A model generated the notes under the pieces. It worked only from the letters and a program-made list of their open reading frames with translations, searched no databases and was not told the DNA's origin. Position numbers and translations under genes: made by a program. A stretch of DNA of 64,000 bases from an uncultured Phycisphaerales bacterium. GTDB lineage: Bacteria > Planctomycetota > Phycisphaerae > Sedimentisphaerales > Anaerobacaceae. The stretch spans positions 192,001-256,000 of the forward strand of contig CAVYYI010000003.1 of the NCBI GenBank assembly GCA_963772725.1. Direction: 5' to 3'. How positions within the stretch are numbered: the stretch's first letter is position 1; each line of letters starts with the position of its first letter. Positions 53,507 to 63,578 of this stretch are shown in pieces.

Positions 53507-53791
53507 TTATTCCCGGCTTTTGTCATACCCCATCTCGTTTTTTAGAAGATACATAAACACCGCGCGGGGATTTCTCGAACAAGGCAGCGAGGCGTCCTTT
53601 GCGAGCGTCAAAACCCGCTTGTAAATAATCTCGTGTTCCCTGCCTGATTTAACCAGCTTATCGAGCCAGAATGTTACACGCCTGATGCATGTCCTGTCGG
53701 AAGCGTCTTTCGGCTTTAAAATTTTGCACAGCTCGTCGTAAAAAAGTATCGGATTAATCTCTGAATTCTTTTCCATATTCCCTGCTTTCAT
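53507..53791 (-). CDS. hypothetical protein, possibly the C-terminal part of a phage replication protein
   Basis: Ends in RNPRAVFMYLLKNEMGY; lies immediately downstream of an origin-like tract. Confidence 0.45.
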   Translation of the reverse strand: MKAGNMEKNSEINPILFYDELCKILKPKDASDRTCIRRVTFWLDKLVKSGREHEIIYKRVLTLAKDASLPCSRNPRAVFMYLLKNEMGYDKSRE

Positions 53792-53803
53792 TAAAATGTA
53801 AAA

Positions 53804-53980
53804 ACGTAACCGTAACGAACGAAACGAAAAAAAAGATTTAAAAATTCCCGTAACGAAATTGCCTGACTGAAAATAACCCTTTGATTTTGGTTTGTGCCTT
53901 TGCCTGTTACGTATTCGTATACGTAGTAATATATATTTATATATATTACGTTACGTACGGATACGTATTCGTTACGTTAG
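53804..53980. repeat. iteron/origin-like repeat tract
   Basis: CCGTAACGAA at 53810 and 53848; inverse TTCGTTACG at 53968; TACGTATTCGT at 53908 and 53962; AT hairpin GTAATATATA-TTTA-TATATATTAC at 53926-53949. Confidence 0.65.
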
Positions 53981-53996
53981 TCGCCCTTTTTTTTCA

Positions 53997-54507
53997 TCAG
54001 TCAAATTCCAATAAACTGCTTTCACGCAAAGTCCCTATGGTTCCGTGCCTTGTACCCTCAAAAGACGCGAACTCCCATTCTTCGAGTTTCTTTTTAGCGC
54101 CCCTGTACTGCTTTTCTGTCATATCATAATTCCTGAAATCGCCCAGAAAGCACTGCCCCTTTTTCAGGCCGTAAATATTTTGCCTGTCATTGCGCCTTGC
54201 TCGCTCGAGCATTACGCACATCAGTTTTACCGCATTTGCGCAACTCATAAGACTATTGTCCGCGGCGAGCAATCTTTTTAGCGACAGCTATGTTTATCGT
54301 AGTATCCAGAACCCGGATAACTTCATCGCAGTCAGGGTCATTGTCCAGGCAGTCTAGAATTCTGCTCAGCATCAGAACGCCAAAATATGAATTCTTTTTC
54401 TCTATGTCCTGGCCCGTTAAGTCGCTAAAACTGTCGGGCAATTCCATCATAAAACTCCAAATCAGCCGGTCCCGTATTCTTAATATTAGGTTTTCTTTTT
54501 CGCTCAT
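53997..54507 (-). CDS. phage replication-initiator-like winged-helix fragment(s); two overlapping ORFs
   Basis: LKKGQCFLGDFRNYDMTEKQYRGAKKKLEEWEFASFEGTRHGTIGTL resembles N-termini of phage replisome organisers; ORFs overlap at an A-run ~54273. Confidence 0.5.
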
Positions 54508-54854
54508 CTTTTTTTCCTTTCTTTTTTTTTAACTTTTCAAAAAAACACTGCCTCTATAAGTGCCCGTACCTGCGTTTTTGAATCGAAAATTTTGCCCTTT
54601 TTTGATGCCCTCGAGCTGTAAGTCCTTGTAAAATAAGGCTAAAAAAAATTTTAAAATTTCCGTTTTTACCAAAAATATACCTGCATTTTTGATTGAAGTT
54701 TGTTAATCTGGGTAAGATTTTTGCTTAGTCCCATATATGCGGAAAGTTCATCGTAAACAGAGGTTTGCCCGCAAAAATGGAGTGGAGAAGGTTTTTTTGA
54801 GGTATAATCGGAAAGTTAAGGGTGGTTTTTGTCGATGAAAGCCATACCGAGATG

Positions 54855-54920
54855 TTGTCATTCCCGCGAAAGCGGGAATCCACTTCTCGTGTTGGATACC
54901 TGTTTTCGCAGGTATGACAA
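54855..54920. repeat. REP/dRS3-like palindromic element
   Basis: TTGTCATTCCCGCGAAAGCGGGAATCCA..TGGATACCTGTTTTCGCAGGTATGACAA, nested inverted repeats. Confidence 0.8.
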
Positions 54921-55009
54921 TTAAAAATAATCGTTTTCGGCGGTCGAACAGAAAACGAGTTTATGGCATAATACTAATATAGGTTAGCGGAGTCGAATCC
55001 CATACAGCT

Positions 55010-55037
55010 TTGACAAGGCATAAAAGTATGCTATAAT
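55010..55037 (+). promoter_or_regulatory. consensus sigma70 promoter for clpC
   Basis: TTGACA-16 nt-TATAAT with extended TG; RBS GAAGGTGAGG upstream of ATG 55101. Confidence 0.8.
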
Positions 55038-55100
55038 AGGCTGCGATGGGCGACGATATAAAAATCCGCTTGAGCTTAATTAGAAGGTGAGGCAAAAAAG

Positions 55101-57628
55101 ATGTTTGAACGTTTTACAGACAGGGCGCGAAAAGTAATGGCGCTGGCAAATCAGGAAGCGCAGCGATTCAATCACGAATATATCGGCACCGAGCATATTC
55201 TGCTGGGTCTGGTCAAAGAAGGCAGCGGCGTCGGGGCAACTGTGTTGAAGAATCTCGATGTCGATATAAAGAAACTGCGGCTTGAGGTTGAAAAGCTTGT
55301 CAAGAGCGGCCCGGATATGGTCACGATGGGCAAACTGCCGCAGACGCCGCGGGCAAAGAAGGTTATCGAATACGCGATCGAAGAGGCCCGGTCGCTGAAT
55401 CACAATTACGTCGGCACGGAGCATATTCTGCTTGGCCTGCTTCGCGAGAACCGAAGGCATTGCGGCGCAGGTGCTGATGAATCTCGGTTTGAAGCTTGAG
55501 GATGTCCGGCAGGAGGTTTTGAATCTGCTTGGCGCGGGCGTCGATAACAGTGCAACCGGTCGCGGATTGAGACTGAAAATGCGAACCAGGCGCTATGGCG
55601 ACATGCTCAAAAGCCCAAGAGCAAGACGCCCGCATTGGATAGTTTCGGCCGCGACCTGACCGAACTTGGCCGTTGACGGCGAACTTGACCCGGTCATCGG
55701 CAGGACCGATGAGATCGAGCGGCTTGATTCAGATACTGTGCCGCCGCACAAAGAATAATCCGGTGCTTTTGGGCGAGGCGGGCGTGGGAAAGACCGCGAT
55801 CGTCGAAGGGCTTGAGCCAGCAGATAATCAATAAGCAAGTGCCTGAAATACTGAAGGACAAGCGCATCGTCGTGCTTGACCTTGCGATGATGGTCGCGGG
55901 AACAAAATATCGCGGCCAGTTCGAGGAACGAATCAAGGCCGTAATCAATGAAGTGAAACGTGCCGCGAATGTTGATGCTGTTCATAGATGAGCTGCATAC
56001 ACTGGTCGGCGCAGGCGGCGCAGAAGGCGCGATCGACGCATCGAATGTGCTCAAGCCCGCGCTTGCTCGCGGCGAGGTGCAGTGCGTCGGCGCGACAACG
56101 CTCGATGAATACAGAAAATATATCGAAAAAGACGCCGCGCTGGAACGCCGATTCCAGACGATCATTGTTGAGCCGCCGTCAAAGGATGAGACGCTCGAAA
56201 TCCTCAGAGGCTTGCGGGACCGCTATGAGGCGCATCACAGGGTGCGTTTCACCGATGAGGCGCTTTATCAGGCGGTTGAACTTTCAACCAGATATATCAC
56301 CGGCAGATGCCTGCCGGATAAGGCGATTGACGTTATCGATGAGGCCGGCGCACGGGTGCGGCTGAAGAATATGACGCCGCCGCCGGATTTGACGCAGATA
56401 GAGGAAAAGATCGAAAAACTGCAGGCGGAAAAAGATGAGGCGGTCAAGAATGCCGACTATGAGCGAGCCGCAGCGCTGCAGAGATGAGGCACAGCAGCTT
56501 ATGGACGAAAAGACACAGCTGCAGCGGCAGTGGTATGAAGAATAATAAAGAGACCACCGGCGTGGTCGATGCGGAAGTCATCGCCGAGGTGGTCAGCAAG
56601 ATAACGGGCGTGCCGCTGACACGGCTTGAAAAGACAGGAAACACAGCGGCTGCTTGGAACTCGAAGCCGAGCTGCACAAGCGGGTTGTTTCGCAGGATGA
56701 GGCGGTCAACGCGGTCGCCAAGTCGGTTCGCCGCAGCAGAAGCGGCCTGAAAGACCCGAATCGTCCGATGGGCAGCTTCATATTCCTTGGCCCCAGCGGC
56801 GTGGGTAAAACGCTGCTTGCGCAGGCGCTTGCGGAATTTATGTTCGGCGATGAAGATGCGCTTGATTCAGATCGACATGAGCGAATATATGGAAAAGCAC
56901 AACGTCAGCCGTCTGGTCGGCGCTCCTCCGGGATATGTCGGCTATGAAGAAGGCGGCCAGCTTACCGAACGAATCAGACGCCGGCCGTATGCGGTGCTGC
57001 TGCTTGATGAAATCGAAAAGGCGCATCCCGATGTGTACAATATGCTTCTTGCAGATCATGGAAGAAGGCCGCCTGACCGACAGTTTCGGCAGACATATCG
57101 ATTTCAAGAACGTCATTCTGATCATGACCAGCAACATCGGCGCCGAACTGATAAAGAATCAGTCGGGTTTCGGTTTCGGCAAGAAGACCGCCGAGGCGAA
57201 TTATGAGAAGATGAAAGAGATGCTCAATAAGGAAGTGGAGCGTCACTTCAGGCCTGAGTTTATCAACCGCCTCGACGATATGATCGTCTTCAGAGGCGCT
57301 GACACGGGACGATCTTACATCGATCGTTGAGTTTGAGCTTGACAAGGTATTCAAGCGGCTCATTGAGCACGGCTTGAAACTCGAAATGACCGATGCCGCC
57401 AAGGAATTCCTCATTGAGAAGGGCTATAATCCTGAGTTTGGCGCAAGGCCGCTGCGCAGGGCGATTGAGCATTATCTCGAAGACCCGATGTCAGAGGCGC
57501 TGCTGCGAGGCGAGTTCAAGGATAAGAACGTTATAAAGATTGACGTCAAGGATGAAGAGCATCTAATGCTTGATGGCGTTAAGGTTGAACCGACTCCGCC
57601 CAAAGCGGTAGTTGCGCAGTCGAAATAA
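55101..57628 (+). CDS. clpC: ATP-dependent Clp protease ATP-binding subunit; split by many indels
   Basis: [12 protein letters not shown], Clp-N repeats, [32 protein letters not shown] motif [32 protein letters not shown]. Confidence 0.93.
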
Positions 57629-57711
57629 ACTGCTCGAATCGCTAAAAGAGTAACGTTAAAGCAAATAATTTGTCTAATCTTCCAGTCACCATGAGCTTTA
57701 ATCCATCCTTT

Positions 57712-58723
57712 TCAAGACTGCCATCCGCCCGATTTAAGCGGAGGACGGTTCTTGGCTCGTATGTTCTCGGCCTTCCAGTGCATTGCATCACCGTAGAACA
57801 AGTAAGGAACTTTGAGGACTTGAGCAAGTTGTTGTATAAGTTTCGCAGCACCGGCGAAATCGCTTGTTATCAAAAGAGGTATCCTTTTATATTCTCCGGT
57901 ATGTGACGAGACCAAAACTAATACTCCTTGAACTGCGTAAGCACATTGGCGATCAGTTCCAAAATCAAACTTCCATGGGCAAAGCTGAACTGCCGCAAGC
58001 GAATTACGTTGAATAATCAATCGCTGCATTTTAGTCGCACCTGTAACGAGGCTTTTAATTTCTGCTGTAACATCGCGGTTTTGTAATTTAGGTTCTTCGC
58101 GTAATTCCAACTCGAGGTCATTATTGTTGAGTGGAATTATCAAATGGCAAAGTTGGCTATAGCCAAACCGTATCAGTATGCCAATCAACAGTAAAGCAGT
58201 TCCTCCGCAAACCACCGTAATTATTATCCCTCGCAGGACAGAGACTGCTAAGCCAATATTCAACTTATAATGAAATATCCATATCAGTAAACAGGAAAAG
58301 AATACCAGAAAAGGAATTCCAAAACCAAACAATAACCTTTTGTCATTACACAGGTTTCGTTCTATTGGCCGAAGTTCCCAGTCCTGAGCCGTTTCGACCA
58401 ATTCATGTGTTAGACGGCCGTGGGCAATGGAGCCTTCCCAAATCACAGGTTCGTTCGGAACATTTTTAAGGGTATCGGTGGTGGCATGCCAAACATATAC
58501 CGGAAAAATGATATTCTTGAAGTAGGAAACTAAAATAGCAAACCCACTCAGAAAAAATATCCCGAAAAAGGAATTTGTAAACCAGTGCGGCGCAGTCAGG
58601 TAATTTTACTACGATGCCAGTACTTCCCATTAAGACAAAAACTATACCAACCATGAGAGTAACCCATTGCCCTTGTTGATATACCTTCGATTTTGTTTCC
58701 TGCCATTGCAGAGTTCGTGTCAT
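57712..58723 (-). CDS. hypothetical membrane protein (probably one frameshifted gene)
   Basis: Two adjacent AT-rich ORFs (58466-58723, 57712-58446) with hydrophobic helices. Confidence 0.5.
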
Positions 58724-58976
58724 AAGCTAACATTTCCCATATTAAACACTTGTCGACGCAACCAAGCCTTCCTTTTCAACAATAATATCAAAATCTTCAT
58801 CGGATTACAACAATAGCATTTTTTGCGAATTTTATGACTAATTCCGCATTTTGAATCTGTGAAATCAACATTAAAAAATCTGTGTTTATCCGCGGCAAAA
58901 ACAAGATTCGTGTTAATTTGCGGTTAAAAATTGCCGAATTTAGCTATACAGAGATTTAGGTTTTTAGCGTCCTATA

Positions 58977-59810
58977 ATGCAATTTGAGGTAAGTATTATG
59001 ACTAAAATAAGCCTGAGAAATACGATTGATATGCTCAAAAATCCCGCCGATGCGCAGGTTTTTGTCAACAATTTATCTGAGCAGCTTCAAATGGCCGGAC
59101 AGGTTCAGCGAGATTTTCTGCCCGCACATCTGCCCAACCTTGAACATGTGCATTGGGGCGCAAGTTTCTTCCCTGCGGAGTGGGTCTCCGGCGATATTTA
59201 CGACGTTGCACGACTCGATGAACAACACATAGGTTTTTATGTCGCCGATGTTGTTGGACACGGAATACCCGCTGCGCTGCTGACGATATTCCTAAAGCAG
59301 GCGCTTGTTATGCGTGAGACTATCGGGAACAGTTACCATTTATTTCCGCCTGCCGCTGTGATGTCGAATCTTAACCAGAGAATGACCGAACAGAAATTGT
59401 CCGCCAATCAGTTTGCCACCTGCTGTTATTGTCTTTTAAATACAAGGACTCTTCAGTTGACTCACTCACGCGGGGGACATCCATATCCCGTTCTTATCCG
59501 CAAAGGCCAGGCTCCGCGGCAGCTTCAGACAAGAGGCTCGCTGCTCGGTGTCTTTGAGCGTTCAGACTTCGAACAGCAGACAATTCAGCTCCAGCGCGGC
59601 GATAAGCTCCTGTTATATTCCGATGGCGCCGATGAGATTATTGGCGAAGCGGATGACCATAGCCGTTTTAGATTCAGCAAAGATTTCCGCGAAATTCAGG
59701 ATTTGCCGATTGGGCGTATAATAGACAAATTTGACAGTCTCGTTGAGCAATACAAGGAAACCGCGAACAGTGTCGATGACATTACCGCCGTAGGCCTTGA
59801 AATTCTCTGA
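58977..59810 (+). CDS. PP2C/SpoIIE (RsbU-like) serine phosphatase
   Basis: VQRDFLP, VSGDIYDV, VADVVGHGIPAAL, GGHPYP, LLYSDG, DDIT. Confidence 0.92.
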   Translation: MQFEVSIMTKISLRNTIDMLKNPADAQVFVNNLSEQLQMAGQVQRDFLPAHLPNLEHVHWGASFFPAEWVSGDIYDVARLDEQHIGFYVADVVGHGIPAALLTIFLKQALVMRETIGNSYHLFPPAAVMSNLNQRMTEQKLSANQFATCCYCLLNTRTLQLTHSRGGHPYPVLIRKGQAPRQLQTRGSLLGVFERSDFEQQTIQLQRGDKLLLYSDGADEIIGEADDHSRFRFSKDFREIQDLPIGRIIDKFDSLVEQYKETANSVDDITAVGLEIL

Positions 59811-59835
59811 TTTTCCGCTGAAATATTTTAACCGT

Positions 59836-60458
59836 TTATTCTTTTATTGTCTTAACATCCTCGAAGCAGACTGGGGCGAGGTTTTTAAGTATCTTGACAC
59901 CAGGCTGCAGGCTATGCGAATTTCCCACTGTGCTTTTTGAGAGATTCTGACGTCGAAGATATGCCGCCATTCGCGGAAATTGGCCGAGACGACAATTTCG
60001 CTGGTGCAGGCGTTGGGCAGAACAAAGCGCGCATCTTCTTTTTTCAGGCCTCGCTGCCGCCATTTGTGATACATCTGCTGGATAATCTGCATATCGTTAT
60101 GAAAATCATCGGCGAATTCAGAGGGCATTTCTTCGGGCATTACGTAATCGAATTTTTCCTCGTCAACGTACCGCTGAGACTGCTGGCAGACAGACATAAG
60201 ACGGTGTCTGACAAGCTGATGGGTCATCGCGCGTGAGCAGTTTTTTATGCGGAATGTGGCGTAAGCGTGTTCCAGCGGTGAATCGTGCCCCATCTTAAGG
60301 AGCCGCCTGATAAAATCCGCCTGGGAATTCGCGCCGATTTTATCGAAGCTCAGATAGCACGTTCTGCCGGCCTGCTCGATAACTTTTTCAGCTTCGGGCG
60401 TTATTGATATAAGTTCAACTTCCAGTTTTTTAGCACCGCTTTGCTCATTCATAAACAT
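59836..60458 (-). CDS. thyX: FAD-dependent thymidylate synthase; C-terminal frameshift
   Basis: AGRTCY, GHDSPLEH, SRAMTHQLVRHRLMSVCQQSQRY, EDARFVLPN, AQWEIR. Confidence 0.93.
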
Positions 60459-60639
60459 TAACCTTAAATTTTTATTAGACTGATATAACATTTTCACGGA
60501 TTTTTTCCAGAGTTTTCTGTTATCACCGCATTAATTTTATATTGGACAACCGGAGTTACTTAACATATACTTCTTTATCCTTTGTTCTGGCAATCCTACA
60601 GTATATGCCTATTAATGGTTTTAATTAGAAGACGTAAAA

Positions 60640-61338
60640 ATGAATGATTTAACAAGTAAGCAGATGAAACCTTTTGTTCGTTTTTGTTTATATTTTATTA
60701 CATTGGCGATTATCCTGTCTATTGTAGCGGCTCTTTTATGCCGATTCGGTTTTGAAATCGTGGCCAAAGAAGACGGTTTAATGGAATGGCTCGAATGCCT
60801 GTGGCTTTGCATCAGCTGCCTGTTTTTATTTCTTGCGTCAACGCGAAAAACCGATTATTCGAAGCTTTTTGGGATTCTGTGGCTTGTGCCTTTGATAGCA
60901 GTGTTCAGGGAGTTAGACGGAATTTTTGACAAGGCATTTTTCCATGGTGCATGGGTCGTTCCGGCAGGGATTATCGTTATTTTAGTTGTGTATAAAATAT
61001 TAAAATCATCTGCAACTTTGGCTGCAGAAGTACTTGGTTTTATGCAAAGTCAACAGATAATATTTCTTGGTTTTGGATTTTTTATGGTTGTCGTTTTTGC
61101 CCAGGTGTGCGGTTGGCAGGCTGTATGGCACAAACTGCTTGGTGAACATTACCATAGAAGAGTAGGCCGATTTATAGAGGAGCTTATCGAATTTTTCGGT
61201 TATGTTACCATCATTATGGGTTCACTTGAATGCTGGCTTGGAGCAGAAGAAAGAAAGACCAGCAAAGAACAACCAAAGGTTACAGATAAGAAATCAAAAA
61301 AAGATTTAACCGCAGATTATGTAAATATCACCAATTGA
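60640..61338 (+). CDS. hypothetical multi-pass membrane protein
   Basis: About six TM helices; EDGLME, RELD, EELIEFFGY motifs. Confidence 0.7.
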   Translation: MNDLTSKQMKPFVRFCLYFITLAIILSIVAALLCRFGFEIVAKEDGLMEWLECLWLCISCLFLFLASTRKTDYSKLFGILWLVPLIAVFRELDGIFDKAFFHGAWVVPAGIIVILVVYKILKSSATLAAEVLGFMQSQQIIFLGFGFFMVVVFAQVCGWQAVWHKLLGEHYHRRVGRFIEELIEFFGYVTIIMGSLECWLGAEERKTSKEQPKVTDKKSKKDLTADYVNITN

Positions 61339-61389
61339 GATTGCCGCGGCCTAAAGAGATGCCTCGCAATAACGAGAAGATAGCGGCGT

Positions 61390-62136
61390 TTATTTCCCAT
61401 CGTAGCCGCAATAGCCAATCTGGTCGCAGGCCTGCTTCATACGTGTCCATGCCTGTTTGTCTTTTATGACCTCAAGGGCGAGCGGAAAGAGGATATTATC
61501 TTCCATAAAAACATGCATTCTCATGGCCGGCACGAGACGATTGACAATCTGGCTTAAGTTTCGCTTGAACTCATCGAAATCCATTTCGTCAATCTTCCAG
61601 GCAAGGCCTTTGAGCCTGTAATTATACCTGCTTATTTCCCAGTGCTGCTTGCCAATAATATCGAGCATATCGGCGTATCCGAACTGGCGTAATTGCGGGT
61701 AGATGACTTCCTCTTCGCGTTCGCGATGCTGCTCGGCGGCCATAAGATGACCGGCAATATGCGCGAGTCTGCGGCACTCCTGGGTAAAACTCGAGGCGGA
61801 GGTCAGGGCCTGGATATCATCATTGGTTTCCTCGAGGTCGGAAATAAAGCATAAAATCATTTCGTGTTCGGCCAGTACTTTTTGCAAAACATGGTTGGCG
61901 GGCAGTTCAGCCTTTAATTTAGCGCACTGGTCAGGCAGTATTTTCCTGTTCTGGCTCCACATGCGCCACAGCTCGAATGCTGCGACGCCAGCGGCCAAAA
62001 CATTAAGCTGCGCAAGAGCGACCTCCATAAAATCGGCCTCAGCTAAAAACATTCGCTCTTTTGGAACGAGTTTAACAGCCTGATGGTCGTTATTGAGACG
62101 CAGCAAAATCTCTGTTAGCTTACTTACCTTTTCCAT
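61390..62136 (-). CDS. hemerythrin-like/DUF438-type protein
   Basis: LPANHVLQKVLAEH, HREREEEVIYPQL, HVFMEDNILFP, IGYC. Confidence 0.8.
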   Translation of the reverse strand: MEKVSKLTEILLRLNNDHQAVKLVPKERMFLAEADFMEVALAQLNVLAAGVAAFELWRMWSQNRKILPDQCAKLKAELPANHVLQKVLAEHEMILCFISDLEETNDDIQALTSASSFTQECRRLAHIAGHLMAAEQHREREEEVIYPQLRQFGYADMLDIIGKQHWEISRYNYRLKGLAWKIDEMDFDEFKRNLSQIVNRLVPAMRMHVFMEDNILFPLALEVIKDKQAWTRMKQACDQIGYCGYDGK

Positions 62137-62365
62137 TTATTTTATCGCTTTCTTAACACGCGCAGCCTCTTATTAAAAAACCACTTCGCAATTATCATCA
62201 CTTTTTCTATTTAAAGTATACGCCAATAACTGAGCATTGGGTGATGATAAAAATTAAAAAGCAGACATACGGACGTTAAGGTCTTATAAAATCAGGAGTT
62301 AACTATATACAATTTTTGTAAAAAAAATATTGCTGATTAATATTTCCCAAAAACAGCAGTTGTTG

Positions 62366-62393
62366 TTGCCAAGAGAAAAAACGGTTGTATAAT
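62366..62393 (+). promoter_or_regulatory. putative sigma70 promoter for the radical SAM gene
   Basis: TTGCCA-16 nt-TATAAT, 38 nt upstream of ATG 62431. Confidence 0.5.
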
Positions 62394-62430
62394 CTGCGGG
62401 ATAAGAGATTTATTTTGTGAGCGTCATAAT

Positions 62431-63570
62431 ATGATAAACGTCATTTCCATGCCCGATACCCGCAGGAAGTTAGAGATACTAAGCGACGATGCGAAATACG
62501 ATTTGGCATGCGCGTGCGGCAGCCGTAAAGAAGAGCATCGCAAACAAAGCCGTTCGGGTAAATGGATTTACCCGGTAACACTTCCGAACGGCGGGACAAG
62601 CACGCTTTTTAAGACACTCATCTCCAACGCCTGCTCGAATGACTGCAAATATTGTCCGCTCAGGGCGCAGATGGATATTCGCAGATGCACGCTGACACCG
62701 GAAGAAACAGCGGCGGTTTTCTGGGACTATTACACGCGCAAAGAGGTGTTCGGACTTTTTCTTACTTCCGGTATTCTCGGAAGCCCGGATGTCACAATGG
62801 ACAGGCTCAACGCGACCGCGAAAATACTCCGAACGAGGTACAGTTATCGCGGCTACATTCATCTAAAGATTATTCCCGGCGCGGCGCCGGCAGCGATAGA
62901 AGAATCGCTGTCTTTGGCGAGCGCGGTATCACTGAACATCGAAACCCCCGGCGAAAAACATTTGGCCAAACTATCAGACAGAAAAAATTACATCAGCGAT
63001 ATTATCGAACCTATAAAACTTATCAGCAGGCTGACAGAAAGGCATGCTAAGTACGCGGGAGTTAAACAGACAACGCAGTTTATTGTCGGGGCGGCGGGCG
63101 AATCAGACAGCGAGATTGTAAAATATATGAACGGGCTTTATAACAGGCTGAAAATGCACAGGGTATATTTCAGCGCCTATCAAAAAGGCGCCGGCGATAA
63201 CTCTTTGCCCGGAGAAAAATTACAATTGCAGGAGCCGACAGAGACCTTTGTCAGGGAGCATCGGCTGTACCAGGTGGATTTTCTGATGCGTAAATACGGC
63301 TTTAATGAATCGGACATTTTATTTGGTCAGGACGGGAATCTTTCGCTGGATTGCGACCCCAAGGAAACCTGGGCGAAAAATCACCCGGAGACGTTTCCCG
63401 TAAATATAAACTCCGCTGATAAATATCAGTTGCTGCGTGTACCTGGTCTCGGGCCGGTAACAGTGAACAGAATTTTAAACTTGCGGCGTCAGAACCGTTT
63501 AAGCAGTATCTACGACATAGGAAAAATAGGAGCAAGGCTCGAAAAAGCGGGTAAATACCTGACTTTCTAA
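62431..63570 (+). CDS. putative DNA modification/repair radical SAM protein with HhH motif (TIGR03916-like)
   Basis: KLEILSDDAKYDLAC, NACSNDCKYC, GYIHLKIIPG, REHRLYQVDFLMRKYGF, LLRVPGLG. Confidence 0.88.
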   Translation: MINVISMPDTRRKLEILSDDAKYDLACACGSRKEEHRKQSRSGKWIYPVTLPNGGTSTLFKTLISNACSNDCKYCPLRAQMDIRRCTLTPEETAAVFWDYYTRKEVFGLFLTSGILGSPDVTMDRLNATAKILRTRYSYRGYIHLKIIPGAAPAAIEESLSLASAVSLNIETPGEKHLAKLSDRKNYISDIIEPIKLISRLTERHAKYAGVKQTTQFIVGAAGESDSEIVKYMNGLYNRLKMHRVYFSAYQKGAGDNSLPGEKLQLQEPTETFVREHRLYQVDFLMRKYGFNESDILFGQDGNLSLDCDPKETWAKNHPETFPVNINSADKYQLLRVPGLGPVTVNRILNLRRQNRLSSIYDIGKIGARLEKAGKYLTF

Positions 63571-63578
63571 AGCGGTGA

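Noticed and set aside
53804..53980. Possible CRISPR array
   Set aside because: Repeats are only 9-11 bp, irregularly spaced and partly inverted; no spacers or cas genes
54980..55005. GGTTAGCGGAGTCGAATCCC, resembling a tRNA T-arm
   Set aside because: No cloverleaf or acceptor stem can be formed
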